64,000 bases of DNA from Malacoraja senta (lineage: Eukaryota). This document shows positions 22,871 to 36,020 of the stretch, piece after piece; positions within the stretch are counted from its first letter, which is position 1, and each line of letters opens with the position of its first letter. Location: contig CM075996.1 in NCBI GenBank assembly GCA_038087875.1, positions 1,054,001-1,118,000 of the forward strand, read 5' to 3'. Position numbers and translations under genes: made by a program. Below the pieces are notes generated by a model. That model saw only the letters and a program-made list of their open reading frames with translations. It was not told the DNA's origin and did no database searches.

Positions 22871-23957
22871 GTTAAAACCACTGAGACCAAACTCAGGACT
22901 AACATAACTTTGTAATTAATATTTGAAAGTTGAATGCCATCCATGGCACCTATTTTGAAGGCGTGTACAATTATCAAGATGTCGCACATAACCGGACAGA
23001 ATGGCGAAAGCTTGCTGCCCAATGCACTCAACAGTGTGGGAGGAACTAAGTTTAAGTAAAGTACACGTGCAACTAAATGGGGAACGTGATCACCTCATGG
23101 TTTGCTTCAGCAAATCTCATGAATTCAATTAGCGTCGTAATGTCGTGCAGCACAGAAACTGGTCTCTCAGCCTAACTCGTTCATGCCAGTCAAGATGCCC
23201 TGTCCAAGCAAGTCCCATTTCCCTGTGTTTGGCCCATAAACCTCTAAATCTTTTCCATCCACTTGTCTGTCCAATTGTCTCAAATATTGCTATTGTACTT
23301 GCCTCAACTACTTATTCTGGCAGTTCATTCTGTAACCCTCTGTGTGGAAAAATCTACCTTTCCCCTCTCACCTTAAAACCATGTGCACTAGTTCTTGATT
23401 CCCTTCCTCTGGGTAAAGGTGTGCTTTCGCCCTATCTATTGCTCCTTGTTATTTTATGCACCTCTATAATATCACCACTCGGCCTCCAGCACTCCAAGGA
23501 ATAGTCCTAGCCTACCCAACCTCTTCCTATAGGTGGATTTACTGCACAGCATGCTTGTTCTAATCTTGTACGTTGCCGAAATCACGTGCAGAAACTGTGC
23601 TGCCAGGTCCCCTGTCAAGGTAAAGTTAAATGTTTCCCAAATTTTGGAGAAGATAGTTAATTCTACTCTGCCTGATTTTGCATGTTGTGCAGTAAACTCG
23701 CATGGGAAAACGAAGGGTATGCGAGTAGTACGTGTGAAGTATTGGTAGCCAAGAAAATTACATTATTATTGAATATTGCAGTGACCTAAAAAAATAAATG
23801 CCAAGCCTTAATTTGGAACCGTGTACAGTTTTATTATTGTGGAGAAGCTGGTCTAAGACTGAATTGTGTTTATTGCACAGGAAGCAAGAACTGTGACTTT
23901 GACATTTAGTCAAGTTTTGTTATCGTATGTAATTGATACATTTACTTGTTATAAAAG

Positions 23958-24155
23958 GTCTATGTCAAACAACAAGACCGCATAGCCAGCATCAGCAAGA
24001 ATCTGCGGGTGGCAAAGATGTGCCTAATTGACTTGGCTGGATCAGAGCGAGTCACTGCTACCAAGGCCCAAGGAGCACGCTTCAGAGAGGGAGCAAACAT
24101 AAATCGCTCACTGCTTGCATTGGGAAACGTGATTAACGCACTGGCAGATGGCAAG
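23958..24155 (+). CDS. KIF18B: Coding exon 5 (VYVKQQDR...DLAGSER...ALADGK, switch II)
   Basis: AAG acceptor, GT donor, 198 nt. Confidence 0.92.
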
Positions 24156-24806
24156 GTGAAACCGTTTAAGCAGGAAAAGCACAGTATTTTATAAATCAAA
24201 ACTCAGTATAAATGAAGTGACATTGAAATACATGTTGCCATCTCTCTGCAACCGTGGTAAAGTGTGGTTGGCCAAATATTATTTTCTTTGAAACTTGTGT
24301 TCCTTTAAGAGAGGTGGCCAGAGTTCCGCTGTAAATCAAATACCTGATCCAAATAAAAATTGGCTCAATAATATGTTACAGTCAGTTGCGTGACTTTCTG
24401 CATGTTTAGTGGAGGCTACTCCCACAACATGCCTCGCATGCCACAATGGTACTACAGCAATGTAGTTACCTGGGAGAAAGTCTCCTAACCACCCTTTTGC
24501 TGGAGGAAGCCCAATCAATTAAGAACAAAAACCTGAATGTCGGGGTGAAGAGAATGTCAAATTAATCTGACACAATTTAAGTGTTTCAAGCAATCGGGAG
24601 TGTTTGAGCATCTGAATCAATAAAGTGATTAACTTGTTTTATTCTGAGGATAACCCTTGCATCCCATGAAGAAAGATTCAATAAAATATTTTATTATTCA
24701 CAAGGAATCAACCACATTTCACGTGGCTTTTGCAGAATAGTTTGGATTGAAGGTTCTATGGATATTTCTAATTGTTACTGGTTTTTGGTTTTTTTGACCT
24801 GCGCAG

Positions 24807-24983
24807 GGTAAAAAGTCCCACATCCCTTACCGAGACAGCAAGTTGACACGTCTACTTAAAGACTCGTTGGGGGGAAACTGTCGCACAGTGATGATTGCTA
24901 CTGTGAGCCCTTCAGCCAGCAGTTACGAAGATACATACAACACCTTAAAGTATGCAAATCGTGCTAAGGATATCAAATCCTCT
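24807..24983 (+). CDS. KIF18B: Coding exon 6 ([17 protein letters not shown]...RAKDIKSS)
   Basis: CAG acceptor, GTAAGT donor, 177 nt. Confidence 0.93.
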
Positions 24984-26034
24984 GTAAGTTATCTAATCAA
25001 AAAGATAAATGTAAAATTAAGCTCGTTTTTTGTTTTTACCTACTTCCATAAGTAATACATTATCAATGAAAACGTAAGAACAGCTGTGTTTTAAAATTTG
25101 CATCATGGATGGCACAGATGTTGTGGGACAAAGGGCCTGTTCCTGTGTTGTACTGTTCCATGTAATATTCTGCTCGGAAGCGCAGATAATGACACAGTGG
25201 AGTACTCTTCCCCCTCCAAGAGGACAAGTTGAGCAGCTTCTGGTAGAGCACTGCACCACTCAAATATTTGGCTTAGTGCCAAGGTGCATCCGTGGAAATA
25301 AAAGAAAGCAAATAAGAAACTAAAATGAAGCATGAAATTACTTGGGGCATTTCAGTGTTTGAGCTGTGGGAATGGGAAGTATGCTGGTGCAGTTGAGACA
25401 TGCTCAAATGAAGTTAAGGTTGAACTGCACTGTAAAGGTCTATCACCTTAACTGTTCACCTGGGGCGTGCGTGATATGCAGTGCACCTGATGTTCCCTGT
25501 CTGCAGAAAAAATAAGAAATTGCCTTAATCCTCGGCTTTGTTATTCATTAACTTACTGAATGCCAAGCAGAATAAGGCGTTCCTTATTTTCAGAGCAGTA
25601 ATTTACAGTGAATGAATAAGTCAATCATAAAATCTAGAATTTACACATGATTTGCAGAACGCATTGTTCTGCACGAAAATTGAAAAACGAACAATCTGGC
25701 ATCTCTTTAGCTGACCTGCTCTTGAAGACACTTCATACATTTTTCACAAATTGAAAGTAAACGCCAGGAAATATTAATTAATCTCTAAGAGGGGAAGATT
25801 GGTAAGTCTATTCAGAAAACCTTCCTTGTGTTACTTAATCCATTGTGTATTGGGAGCGCAGTTTACTTTTCTGCTTAAATTAGATTCTTTAATCATGGGG
25901 GAGGGGGAGACATCATTATCGGACCTCGCCATGGATACTTTCCTGTGAAACCTGCATAGTTTCCCATGTCTGTTATTAATCATCACTTTTAGGAGGAAGA
26001 AGTGATTGTATGTGATCTATTGTTTCTGTTGCAG

Positions 26035-26109
26035 CTGAAGAGCAATATTGTCAGCTTGGACTGTCATATAAGTAAATATGCAGCCATATGCGAGGAGCTA
26101 CGGAGAGAG
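26035..26109 (+). CDS. KIF18B: Coding exon 7 (neck, LKSNIVSLDCHISKYAAICEELRRE)
   Basis: GCAG acceptor; GC donor GAG|GCAAGT; 75 nt. Confidence 0.9.
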
Positions 26110-26617
26110 GCAAGTACTTTGCTTTCTTGTAATCATTTTTAAGCTCTAAACTGGACACTTCACTTTGGGCTAAATGGTCCAGAATTTGATTATCAGCAGA
26201 TTCATATCCAGAAGTGACATCAGCAAGACAACAGCTGTACAAGCCATATGCCTGTATCTGTTTGCTAGACTTGGTGGACTGTTGACTTGGATTGAAAAGT
26301 TGTTAATATAGTTACTGTTTCATTGAGTGCTAATAAATAGTCTGCTCAGTAATATTGTAGGATACCCCATTTAGAAATAGTATATTTTCTGCAAAATATA
26401 AATGTCACCAATTTTATTTTTTGTATATAAATGAGTGACATAAAAATTCTCCATCTGGACTTTCAGGATATGTTTGATTCTCTACATATGGCAGTACAAG
26501 AAAGAGGAGAACAAGACGATATATTAGTGAAAGGTTTTAACTATCTGTAAATGTGAATTGTTTTTTCATAGAAAAGGCATGTCTGAGGGATGAGGTGCTA
26601 CAAACGTGTATGACAAT

Positions 26618-26864
26618 GATAGACTAACACAAATAGCTGGAGTAACTCAGCGGGACAGGCAGCATCTCTGGAGAGAAGGAATGGGTGATGTTTCAGGTCG
26701 AGACCCGTCTTCAGACTGGCTCTTCAGGCCAATCTGAAGAAGGGTCTCGACCCGCAACATCACCCATTCCTTCTCTCCACAGATGCTGCCTGTCCCGCTG
26801 AATTACTCCAGCTTTTTGTGTCTATCTTCGGTTTAAACCAGCGTCTACAATTCCTTCCTACACA
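26618..26864. mobile_element. Palindromic Penelope-tail insertion with decayed hammerhead cores
   Basis: Inverted arms gctggagtaactcagcgggacagg.../...cctgtcccgctgaattactccagc. Confidence 0.8.
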
Positions 26865-27399
26865 TGACTAATAGAGTTTGATTGAGCAAATCTGGAGAAA
26901 ATGTTTCTCGTTGTTGGGGAAAACCAAATCCAGATATCATACATGTAAAGCAATAGATTTAACACGGAAGCAACAAAGATATCTTTACCCAGAGAGTGCT
27001 GGTGATGTGGAACCTTTTCTCACAGGGAGAGCTTAAGGCAACTGAGATAGAGGACTTTAAGGAAAACTGGATAATTGTACTGAGGGAGAAGACAATAGAG
27101 ATTATGCTGCTATAATTAAGGAGAGGCAGGAGTAAGCTCCTAAAGCATAAACCTGTTGTTCACAATGGCTTGTAATATGCTACAGACTTGATGCAATTTG
27201 AGAGCCAGTTATCAATTTTACCTTTACCAGTCCAACCAAGTTGTGATTAATCTCATGGCAATAGTCTACTGTCCCTGAGGAAATAAAGTGAGCCGTCTCA
27301 ATGCCTGTCACCCAGTGGCTCTAACATGTAAGGAAGTACTTTAAAAGAATGGTAAATGCTCACATCTGCGTCAGTCTTCCCGTCAATTTACACGCCCTG

Positions 27400-27880
27400 C
27401 ATTTGGCTTATGGGGAAAAATAGACTTACGGAAGAAACCTTCTTTATTGCACTAGATTCAACTCTGGATCACCTTGATAATAAGAACACCTACATCAACA
27501 TGCTATTCATTGAATACAGTTCAACCTTCAACAGCGTAATACTAAATAACCTCACCCCTAAACCTGTGGACCTTGCTCTTGAGCCTCCATCTGCAACTGT
27601 AAATATATGGCACAAGCTGCCAGCTAAGGTAGCTGAGGCAGGGACTATCCCAACATTTAAGAAACAGTTAGACAGGTACATGGATAGGACGTGTTTGGAG
27701 GGATATGGGCCAAATGTGGGCGGATGGGACTAGTGTAGCTGGGACATGTTGGCTGGTGTGGGCAAGTTGGGCTGAAGGGCCTGTTTCCAAACTGTATCAC
27801 TCTATGACTATAACTGGCTTCTAGAGTTCCTGACGAGCAAACTGCAGTCAGTAAAATTGGTCATAACATTTCATCCACCC
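27400..27880 (+). mobile_element. Old Rex1/Babar-like RT fragment interrupted by a CR1 3' fragment (~27598-27812)
   Basis: LDHLDNKNTYINMLFIEYSSTFN resembles the Rex/Babar RT motif. The nested segment has CR1 3' features (FKKQLDRYM, gggcctgtttcc). Confidence 0.65.
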
Positions 27881-28714
27881 TGCTGTGTATGCCAATATGT
27901 TGATAGGACTAACTCAAAGGCTCATACGGGCACACACTGTACTTCTGCAATTGCATTATGTAATTTAAAGTTATCTGCAGCAACCCATTGCCTGGAAGTC
28001 CTTGAGCTGAACATGTTATCAGTGGATGTGAGCTTGGTTGGAGGCAGGGTTGCCTGTATTATCCCAGAGATCAGTATTAGGATTGTTCAATCCTTCAGAA
28101 ATGAGCTGGAAGTTGGTGTTGAGTGATGTGCACGTATATGTAGAGCATGCAAGGATAGGGGATGTTAAATTGGTACCATCAAACCTTTTGTGTATTGGGA
28201 AATGGGGCATGACTTAAAAAGGTTCAGTGTTATGTATTCGGGTTTGCCCAATGTTAAATATACATCCACCTTAAAAACAATGAAAGGAAAAGGTCCAGCT
28301 GTCATCATCTTTAAAGATTCTTGATAAATGCTGTGAATCTATAACTGAAACTTAGAAAGGATTTGGTTGTATTCACCTCACAACAAAGCATACCATTAGG
28401 CTAGTTACCTTATGTCCAAGATGTGAATGATATAACTGTGCATATTTTCCCTTAACTGCACACTTCACACTTCTTTAGCTTCAAATTTCCTCACACCTCT
28501 CTTTTGTTAACCAATCAGCCACACCTCTTACCCCCACCCACCCACCCGCCCGCCCGACAAACCACCTCTACAAGTCCTGTCCTGTCGTCAAATAGAAAAT
28601 TCGCTTACTCAATAGTCAAGCCTGGAAAATAGTTATTTGTCAAAATCAGTGTAAAGTACAATTTCCATATCACAGTTGATTGTAGTTTTGAAGGGAAGTT
28701 ATGTCAGATCTTTA

Positions 28715-31394
28715 TGTGTAGGAAGGAACTGCAGATGTTGGTTTAAACCGAAGAAGGACACAAAGCTGGAGTAACTCTGGGTCCGACAGCATCTCTGGAG
28801 AATAGGAATAGGTGAAGTTTCAGGTAGAGACCCTTCTTCAGTCTGAAAAAAAGGAATAGGTGACGTTTCAGGTAGAGACCCTTCTTCAGTCTGAAGAAGG
28901 GTCTTGGAATGTATGCGGGATAGTTATCTAAACCAACATGTAGAGGAACCAATGAGAGAGCAGGCTATTCTAGACTGGGTATTAAGTAATGAGGAAGGGT
29001 TAGTTAGCAGTCTTGTTGTGCATGCCCCCTTGGGCAAGAGTGACCATAATATGGTTGAGTTCTTCATTAGGATGAAGAGTGACATTGTTAATTCAGAAAC
29101 AATGGTTCTGAACTTAAAGAAAGGTAACTTTGAGGGTATGAGACGTGAATTGGCCAAGATTGACTGTCAATTAGTTCTAAAAGGGTTGACGGTGGATATG
29201 CAATGGAAGGCATTTAAAGACTGCATGGATGAACTACAAAAATTGTTCATCCCAGTTTGGCAAAAGAATAAATCAGGGAAGGTAGTGCATCCGTGGATAA
29301 CAAGGGAAATCAGGGATAGTATCAAAGCAAAAGATGATGCGTACAAATTAGCCAGAAAAAGCAGCATACCAGAGGACTGGGAGAAATTCAGAGACCAGCA
29401 GAGGAGGACAAAGGGCTTAATTAGGAAAGGGAAAATAGATTATGAAAGAAAACTGGCAGGGAACATAAAAACTGACTGCAAAAGTTTTTATAGGTATGTG
29501 AAAAGAAAGAGATTAGTTAAAACAAATGTAGGTCCCTTGCAGTCAGAAACAGGTGAATTGATCATGGGGAACAAGGATATGGCGGACCAATTGAATAACT
29601 ACTTTGGTTCCGTCTTCACTAAGGAAGACATAAATAATCTGCCGGAAATAGCAGGGGACCGCAGGTCAAAGGAGATGGAGGAACTGAGTGAAATCTAGGT
29701 TTGTCGGGAAGTGGTGTTGGGTAAATTGAATGGATTAAAGGCCGATAAATCACCAGGGCCAGATAGGCTGCATCCCAGAGTACTTAAGGAAGTAGCTCCA
29801 GAAATAGTGGATGCATTAGTGATAATTTTTCAAAACTCTTTAGATTCTGGAGTAGTTCCTGAGGATTGGAGGGTAGCAAACGTAACCCCACTTTTTAAGA
29901 AAGGAGGGAGAGAGAAAACGGGGAATTACAGACCAGTTAGTCTAACATCGGTAGTGGGGATACTGCTAGTCAGTTATTAAAGATGGGATAGCAGCACATT
30001 TGGAAAGTGGTGAAATCATTGGACAAAGTCAGCATGGATTTATGAAAGGTAAATCATGTCTGATGAATCTTATAGAATTTTTCGAGGATGTAACTAGTAG
30101 AGTGGATAGGGGAGAACCAGTGGATGTGTTGTATCTGGACTTTCAGAAGGCTTTCGACAAGGTCCCACATAAGAGATTAATATACAAACTTAAAGCACTT
30201 GGTATTGGGGGTTCAGTATTGATGTGGATAGAGAACTGGCTGGCAAACAGGAAGCAAAGAGTAGGAGTAAACGGGTCCTTTTCACAATGGCAGGCAGTGA
30301 CTAGTGGGGTACCGCAAGGCTCAGTGCTGGGACCCCAGCTATTTACAATTTATATTAATGAACTGGATGAGGGAATTGAAGGCAACATCTCCAAGTTTGC
30401 GGATGACACTAAGCTGGGGGGCAGTGTTAGCTGTGAGGAGGATGCTAGGAGACTGCAAGGTGACTTGGATAGGCAGGGTGAGTGGGCAAATGTTTGGCAG
30501 ATGCAGTATAATGTGGATAAATGTGAGGTTATCCACTTTGGTGGCAAAAACAGGAAAGCAGACTATTATCTAAATGGTGGCCGATTAGGAAAAGGGGAGA
30601 TGCAGCGAGACCTGGGTGTCATAGTACACCAGTCATTGAAAGTAGGCATGCAGGTGCAGCAGGCAGTGAAGAAAGCGAATGGTATGTTAGCTTTCATAGC
30701 AAAAGGATTTGAGTATAGGAGCAGGGAGGTTCTACTGCAGTTGTACAGGGTCTTGGTGAGACCACACCTGGAGTATTGCGTACAGTTTTGGTCTCCAAAT
30801 CTGAGGAAGGACATTATAGCCATACAGGGAGTACAGAGAAGGTTCACCAGACTGATTCCTGGGATGTCAGGACTTTCATATGAAGAAAGACTGGATAGAC
30901 TCGGCTTATACTCGCTAGAATTTAGGAGATTGAGAGGGGATCTTATAGAAACGTACAAAATTCTTATGGGGTTGGACAGGCTAGATGCAGGAAGATTGTT
31001 CCCAATGTTGGGGAAGTCCAGGACAAGGGGTCACAGCTTAAGGATAAGGGGGAAATCCTTTAAGACCGAGATGAGAAAAAACTTTTTCACACAGAGTGGT
31101 GAATCTCTGGAACTCTCTGCCACAGAGGGTAGTTGAGGCCAGTTCATTGGCTATATTTAAGAGGGAGTTAGATGTGGCCCTTGTGGCTAAAGGGATCAGG
31201 GGGTATGGAGAGAAGGCAGGTACGGGATACTGAGTTGGATGATCAGCCATGATCATATTGAATGGCGGTGCAGGCTCGAAGGGCCGAATGGCCTACTCCT
31301 GCACCTATTTTCTATGTATCTACGTCACCTATTCCTTTTCTCCAGAGATGCTGTCTGACCCGCTGAGTTACTCCAGCTTTGTGTGTCTATCTTC
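28715..31394. mobile_element. Palindromic Penelope-tail element split by a CR1 insertion
   Basis: Left part 28715-28905, right part 31323-31394. Degenerate TSD atgtcagatcttta/atgtcaaaccttta. Confidence 0.75.
28903..31322 (+). mobile_element. 5'-truncated CR1, same subfamily as 12818-16762, ORF2 disrupted
   Basis: Near-identical to 14326-16750 by eye. Stop at 29696-29698 and frameshifts near 29970 and 31092. Confidence 0.95.
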
Positions 31395-31643
31395 ATGTCA
31401 AACCTTTAGCTGTATGTAGAAGATTACAATGCCTTTGACCATCTGATGAGCATTGGGCGTTCCCTAAAGCAAGGTTAATTCAGATTATTTTTTCTCAGTT
31501 CCTCTGTCTGCTGTAAAGTTGTTCCTTCCCGTTGTGAGGCATTTTTCTCTCTTCATTAGCCGTTGGGCACTCTCACTGCAATATCCTGCCAGGAAATGTC
31601 TTCATTCACATTTCTGTACTTGTAGATTTTGAAGAGCTGTGTA

Positions 31644-31865
31644 AAGGGCCTGTCCCACTTTCACGACCTAATTCACGACCTTTTTTACTTGTGGACATTT
31701 TTCATCATGCTCGAAAAAACGCCCCGACCTTGATACCACGAGTACCTACGACTGGCATCACAGCCTGCTACGACCTACCTACGACCTCCTACGACCTCGT
31801 GACCATGCTGCGAGTATGTATCGAGGGCAAACTCAGCAGAGGTCGTGGAAGTGGGACAGGCCCTT
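31644..31865. mobile_element. MITE with AAGGGCCTGTCCCACTT TIRs (TA/TWA flank; PIF/Harbinger-like, uncertain)
   Basis: aagggcctgtcccacttt...aagtgggacaggccctt, with internal acgacct repeats. Confidence 0.8.
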
Positions 31866-32850
31866 TAGTTTTTTTGTGCATGGTTATGGTGACCAGGTCT
31901 AACGAGTAGTTGCACTCTTCTTGATATCCTTTTGCTCTGGTTGCAATGTTTTTTTTGTAGTCTTCCAACTTTCTCAATGCAAGCACTAATTTGCAAATGA
32001 AGTCTGCAGACTTTATACTGCTATTCCTTAGCTTACAAAGAGCAGCATGTTGCTTAGACTTATGGACCTTTCTAAATGTCATGATCTGGTTTGAATTTGT
32101 TATTTAAAACTGGGTCATATTTGAAGATTTGTTTAGCTGCTTGTTGCTATCTCCCCATCTGGAAAAGCTATGTAAAACTCTGTTCAATTTAACCTTTGAA
32201 CAAGATGAATAGGTGGAATTAAGTTTCAGGCTTTAGGCTCTTCTATGGGAGGTGTGTTTCCTCTGTTAAGTTAAAGGTGAAATCATAAATGTTCTGACAA
32301 ACTAAAGTATTGAAGATTAGAAATGATTACTGTGTAAAGAGATTGTAATAAAGAATCTGCACTTAAACAAGGTTTCATTTTGTGAGCAAATTCACTTGAG
32401 AGTTAAAGCTGTGGATGTGATCCCTTCATTCCCCAAAACTGCATGTAATGCATCTCAGTTGAACTGTCATTACCAAATGAACAATAATCTCTACTATCAA
32501 GGAAATGGTTTCTGTGATTTTTTTTCATAGTATTTTTGGATCAAACGGATCATTCCTTCCTTGATAATATCAGCATTAAAATTGAGCCCTGCTATCAAGC
32601 TCAAACTAGATGTTCTGCTCCTCTGCACTGCTGTCATTTATTATATCCTTTTTTCAGATGAGAAACCTCAGTTGTTGGGTGTGCCCGAGGGAAGGGGAGA
32701 GGGAGCGATTGTGTGGCTGCCCTCTGTGGAATTTTGTTCAGAACATAGCCTGCAGCTCCTGGGCAGTAACAAATTCCTGTGTGATTAGCCACAACCAAAC
32801 CGAGTTAAATGGACAGTGACTGACTCTTTTGGAATCTTATTTATCCGCAG

Positions 32851-32957
32851 GTCACCCAACTGAAAGACAAGCTGAAAGCTTATGAAGAAGGGAAGTGTGC
32901 CATTACCAGGAGTGGTCCAAGTACAGTCCAAACCGTGCTAGCCAGTCAACAGCAGGG
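32851..32957 (+). CDS. KIF18B: Coding exon 8 (VTQLKDKLKAYEEGK...)
   Basis: CAG acceptor; donor GG|GTAGGA, phase 2. Confidence 0.88.
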
Positions 32958-33045
32958 GTAGGATCCCTGGTTTTACTCAAATTTGATCAAGTAAAGACAT
33001 TGCTTTTAAAGATAGTTTCAGATTGCAAAAGCTGGCTAAGTATTA

Positions 33046-34966
33046 CATAGAAACATAGAAAATAGGTGCAGGAGGAGGCCATTCGGCCCTTCGAGCCAGC
33101 ACCGCCATTCATTGTGATCATGGCTGATCGTCCCCAATCAATAACCCGTGCCTGCCTTCTCCCCATATTCCTTGATTCCACTAGCCCCTCGAGCTCTATC
33201 TAACTCTCTCTTAAATCCATCCAGTGATTTGGCCTCCACTTCCCTCCGTGGCAGGGATTTCCACAAATTCACAACTCTCTGGGTGAAAACGTTTTTTCTC
33301 ACCTCAGTCTTAAATGGCCTCCCCTTTATTCTAAGACTGTGGCCCCTGGTTCTGGACTCGCCCAACATTGGGAACATTTTTCCTGCACCTAGCTTGTCCA
33401 GTCCTTTTTATAATTTTATATGTTTCTATAAGATCCCCCTTGTCCTTCTAAATTCCAGTGTCTTTTCAATCATTCCTTGTATGACAGTCCCGCCATCCCA
33501 GGGATCAATCTCGTGAACCTACGCTGCACTGCCTCAATCACAAGGATGTCCTTCCTCAAATTAGGAGACCAAAACTGTATGCAATACTCCAGATGTGGTC
33601 TTACCAGAGCCCTACACAACTGCAGAGGAACCTCTCTACTCCTATACTGAAATCCTCTTGTTATGAAGGCCAACATTCCATTAGCTTTCTTCACTACCTG
33701 CTGTACCTGCACGCCAACTTTCAGTGACTGATGTACAAGAACACCCAGGTTTCGCTGAACCTCCCCCTTACCTAACCTAACCCCATTGAGATAATAATCT
33801 GCTCCCTTATTTTTGCCACCAAAGTGGATAACCTCACATTTATCTATATTATACTGCATCTGCCACGCATCTGCCCACTCACTCAACCTGTCCAGGTCAC
33901 CCTGCAACCTCCTAACATCCTCTTCACCGTTCACACTGCCACCTAGCTTTCTTTGTGTCATCCGCAAACTTACTAGTGTTGCTCCTAATTCCCACTTTCA
34001 AATTATTAATATATAGTAAACAGTTGCAGCCCCAACACCGAGCCTTGCGGCATTCCACTCGCCACTGCCTGCCATTCTGAAAAGGACCCATTCACTCCTA
34101 CTCTTTGCTTCCTGTCTGCCAACCAGTTTTCTATCCACGTCAACACCCTACCACCAATACTATGTGCTCTAATTTTAGTCACCAGTCTCCCGTGCGGGAC
34201 CTTATCAAAGGCTTTCTGAAAGCCTAGATACACTACATCAACTGGCTCCCCTTCATCCATTTTACTTGTCACATCCTCAAAAAATTCCAGAAGATTACTC
34301 AAGCATGATTTTCCTTTCATAAATCCATGCTGACTTGGACTAATCCTTTTACTGCTATCTAAATGCCCCATTATTACCTCTTTAATAATTGACTCCAGCA
34401 TCTTTCCCACCACTGAAGTCAGGCTAACTGGTCTGTCATTCCCTGTTTTCTCTCTCGCTCCTTTCTTGAAAAGTGGGATACCATTAGCTATCCTCCAATC
34501 CACAGGAACTGATCCTGAATCTATTGAACATTGGAAAACGATCACAAATGCGTCCACTATTTCTAGAGCCACCTCCCTGAGGACCCTGGGATGCAGTCCA
34601 TCAGGCCCCGTGGATTTATCATCCTTCAGTCCCATTAGCCTACCCAATACTATCTCTCGCCTAATGAAAATTTCTTTCAGTTCCTCTACCCCCTTAGATC
34701 CGGAGTCCTCCAGTACTTCTGGGAGATTGTTTGTGTCTTCCTTAGTGAAGACGGATCGGAAGTACCTGTTCAACTCTTCTGCCATTTCCTTGTTCCCCAT
34801 AATAATTTCACCCGTGCCTGCCTTCAAGGGACCCACATTTGACTTTGCTATTCTTTTTCCCTTAACATATCTAAAGAAACTTTTACTGTCCTTTATATTC
34901 CTGGCCAGCTTCCCTTCGTACTTCATCTTTTCAGCCCGTATTGCCCGTTTTGTTTCTTTCTGTTGT
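33046..34966 (-). mobile_element. 5'-truncated CR1 (related subfamily), disrupted RT
   Basis: ORFs 34006..34926, 33470..33967 and 33138..33377; tail (catagaaa)n. Confidence 0.92.
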
Positions 34967-35104
34967 CAGCCTCCACGCACCACCAATAGTCCTTTTAGTT
35001 TAATTACTGCTGGGATAGTTCAGTGTACACTGTAACTCCCAAAGCACCTAAACAGTAATTGCTATCACAAAGAAGGCACGAGAGGAAATTATCCCTTTAG
35101 ATTT

Positions 35105-35223
35105 AAAGAAGGGTCTTAACCTGAAACGTCACCCATTCCTTCTCTCCAGAGATGCTGCCTGTCCTCTGGCTTTTTGTGTCTATCTTTGGTTTAAACCAGC
35201 ATCTGCCGTTCCTTCCTACACCG
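35105..35223 (+). mobile_element. Penelope-tail mini-insertion
   Basis: TSD ttagattt; begins inside the hammerhead core (aagaagggtc...gaaacgtc). Confidence 0.75.
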
Positions 35224-35779
35224 TTAGATTTCATGCTCATAATTAGATAACTTTGTTCTCCTATTTCCCATTAATTTTATTTTAACAAAATACATAAATT
35301 ATACCCTCTGCAATCATGACATTATCTGCATTGAACTTGAGTCCTCCCACAATCTATTGCTCACTTGCATAGTGATTGTTTACACTATTACCCATTGAGT
35401 ATTTTGGAATTGAAGGTGCAATGCATGTGTACCAGGAACTTACAACACTTGTATTGTTCTTGCGCTCATCTGAGATGCTCAGCAATGTGAATTGGTTTAC
35501 CCATCACCAACAGTACTGTTTACTGTTCTATATGTTTGAGTACATTACCTCGCACTTGTCTGGATTAAATAAATATTAATAGGATTTATGCTTCAAACCT
35601 TGCAATTGGAGCAAAGCATCTGCATGTTTTAAAGAGTTCTCTTGGCAAGAATCACCTGCAGTTTGAATTGTGGATGAAAATAGATTTAAGTTTTAATTGG
35701 GAGAATGTATACAAATAAAAATATATATAAATAAAACTGTCATTTATCTGGGACCTTCCCCAAAGCAGTAAGTGTCGAT

Positions 35780-36020
35780 GGCCAAATAATATATATATAT
35801 TTTTTAAGTTGCAGAGAGTGTAAATTTTGACATAGAATACCTAAGATAGGATCTGCTGTCCTTCAAAATGGTGCCAGGGCAACTTTTGCATCCAACCTGT
35901 TCTCATCCATAGATAGGACCTCTGATGATACGGCACTCCTTTGATGCTGTACTGGTGTCAACCTGGATTTTGTGTTTAAGGTTCTGGAATGGGCTTGAGC
36001 CCTCAAACCTCCCTTCTCAG
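35780..36020 (-). mobile_element. Old DeuSINE-like SINE
   Basis: The reverse complement reads ...ggagtgccgtatcatcagaggtcctatctatggatgag..., which resembles the Deu domain. Confidence 0.5.
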
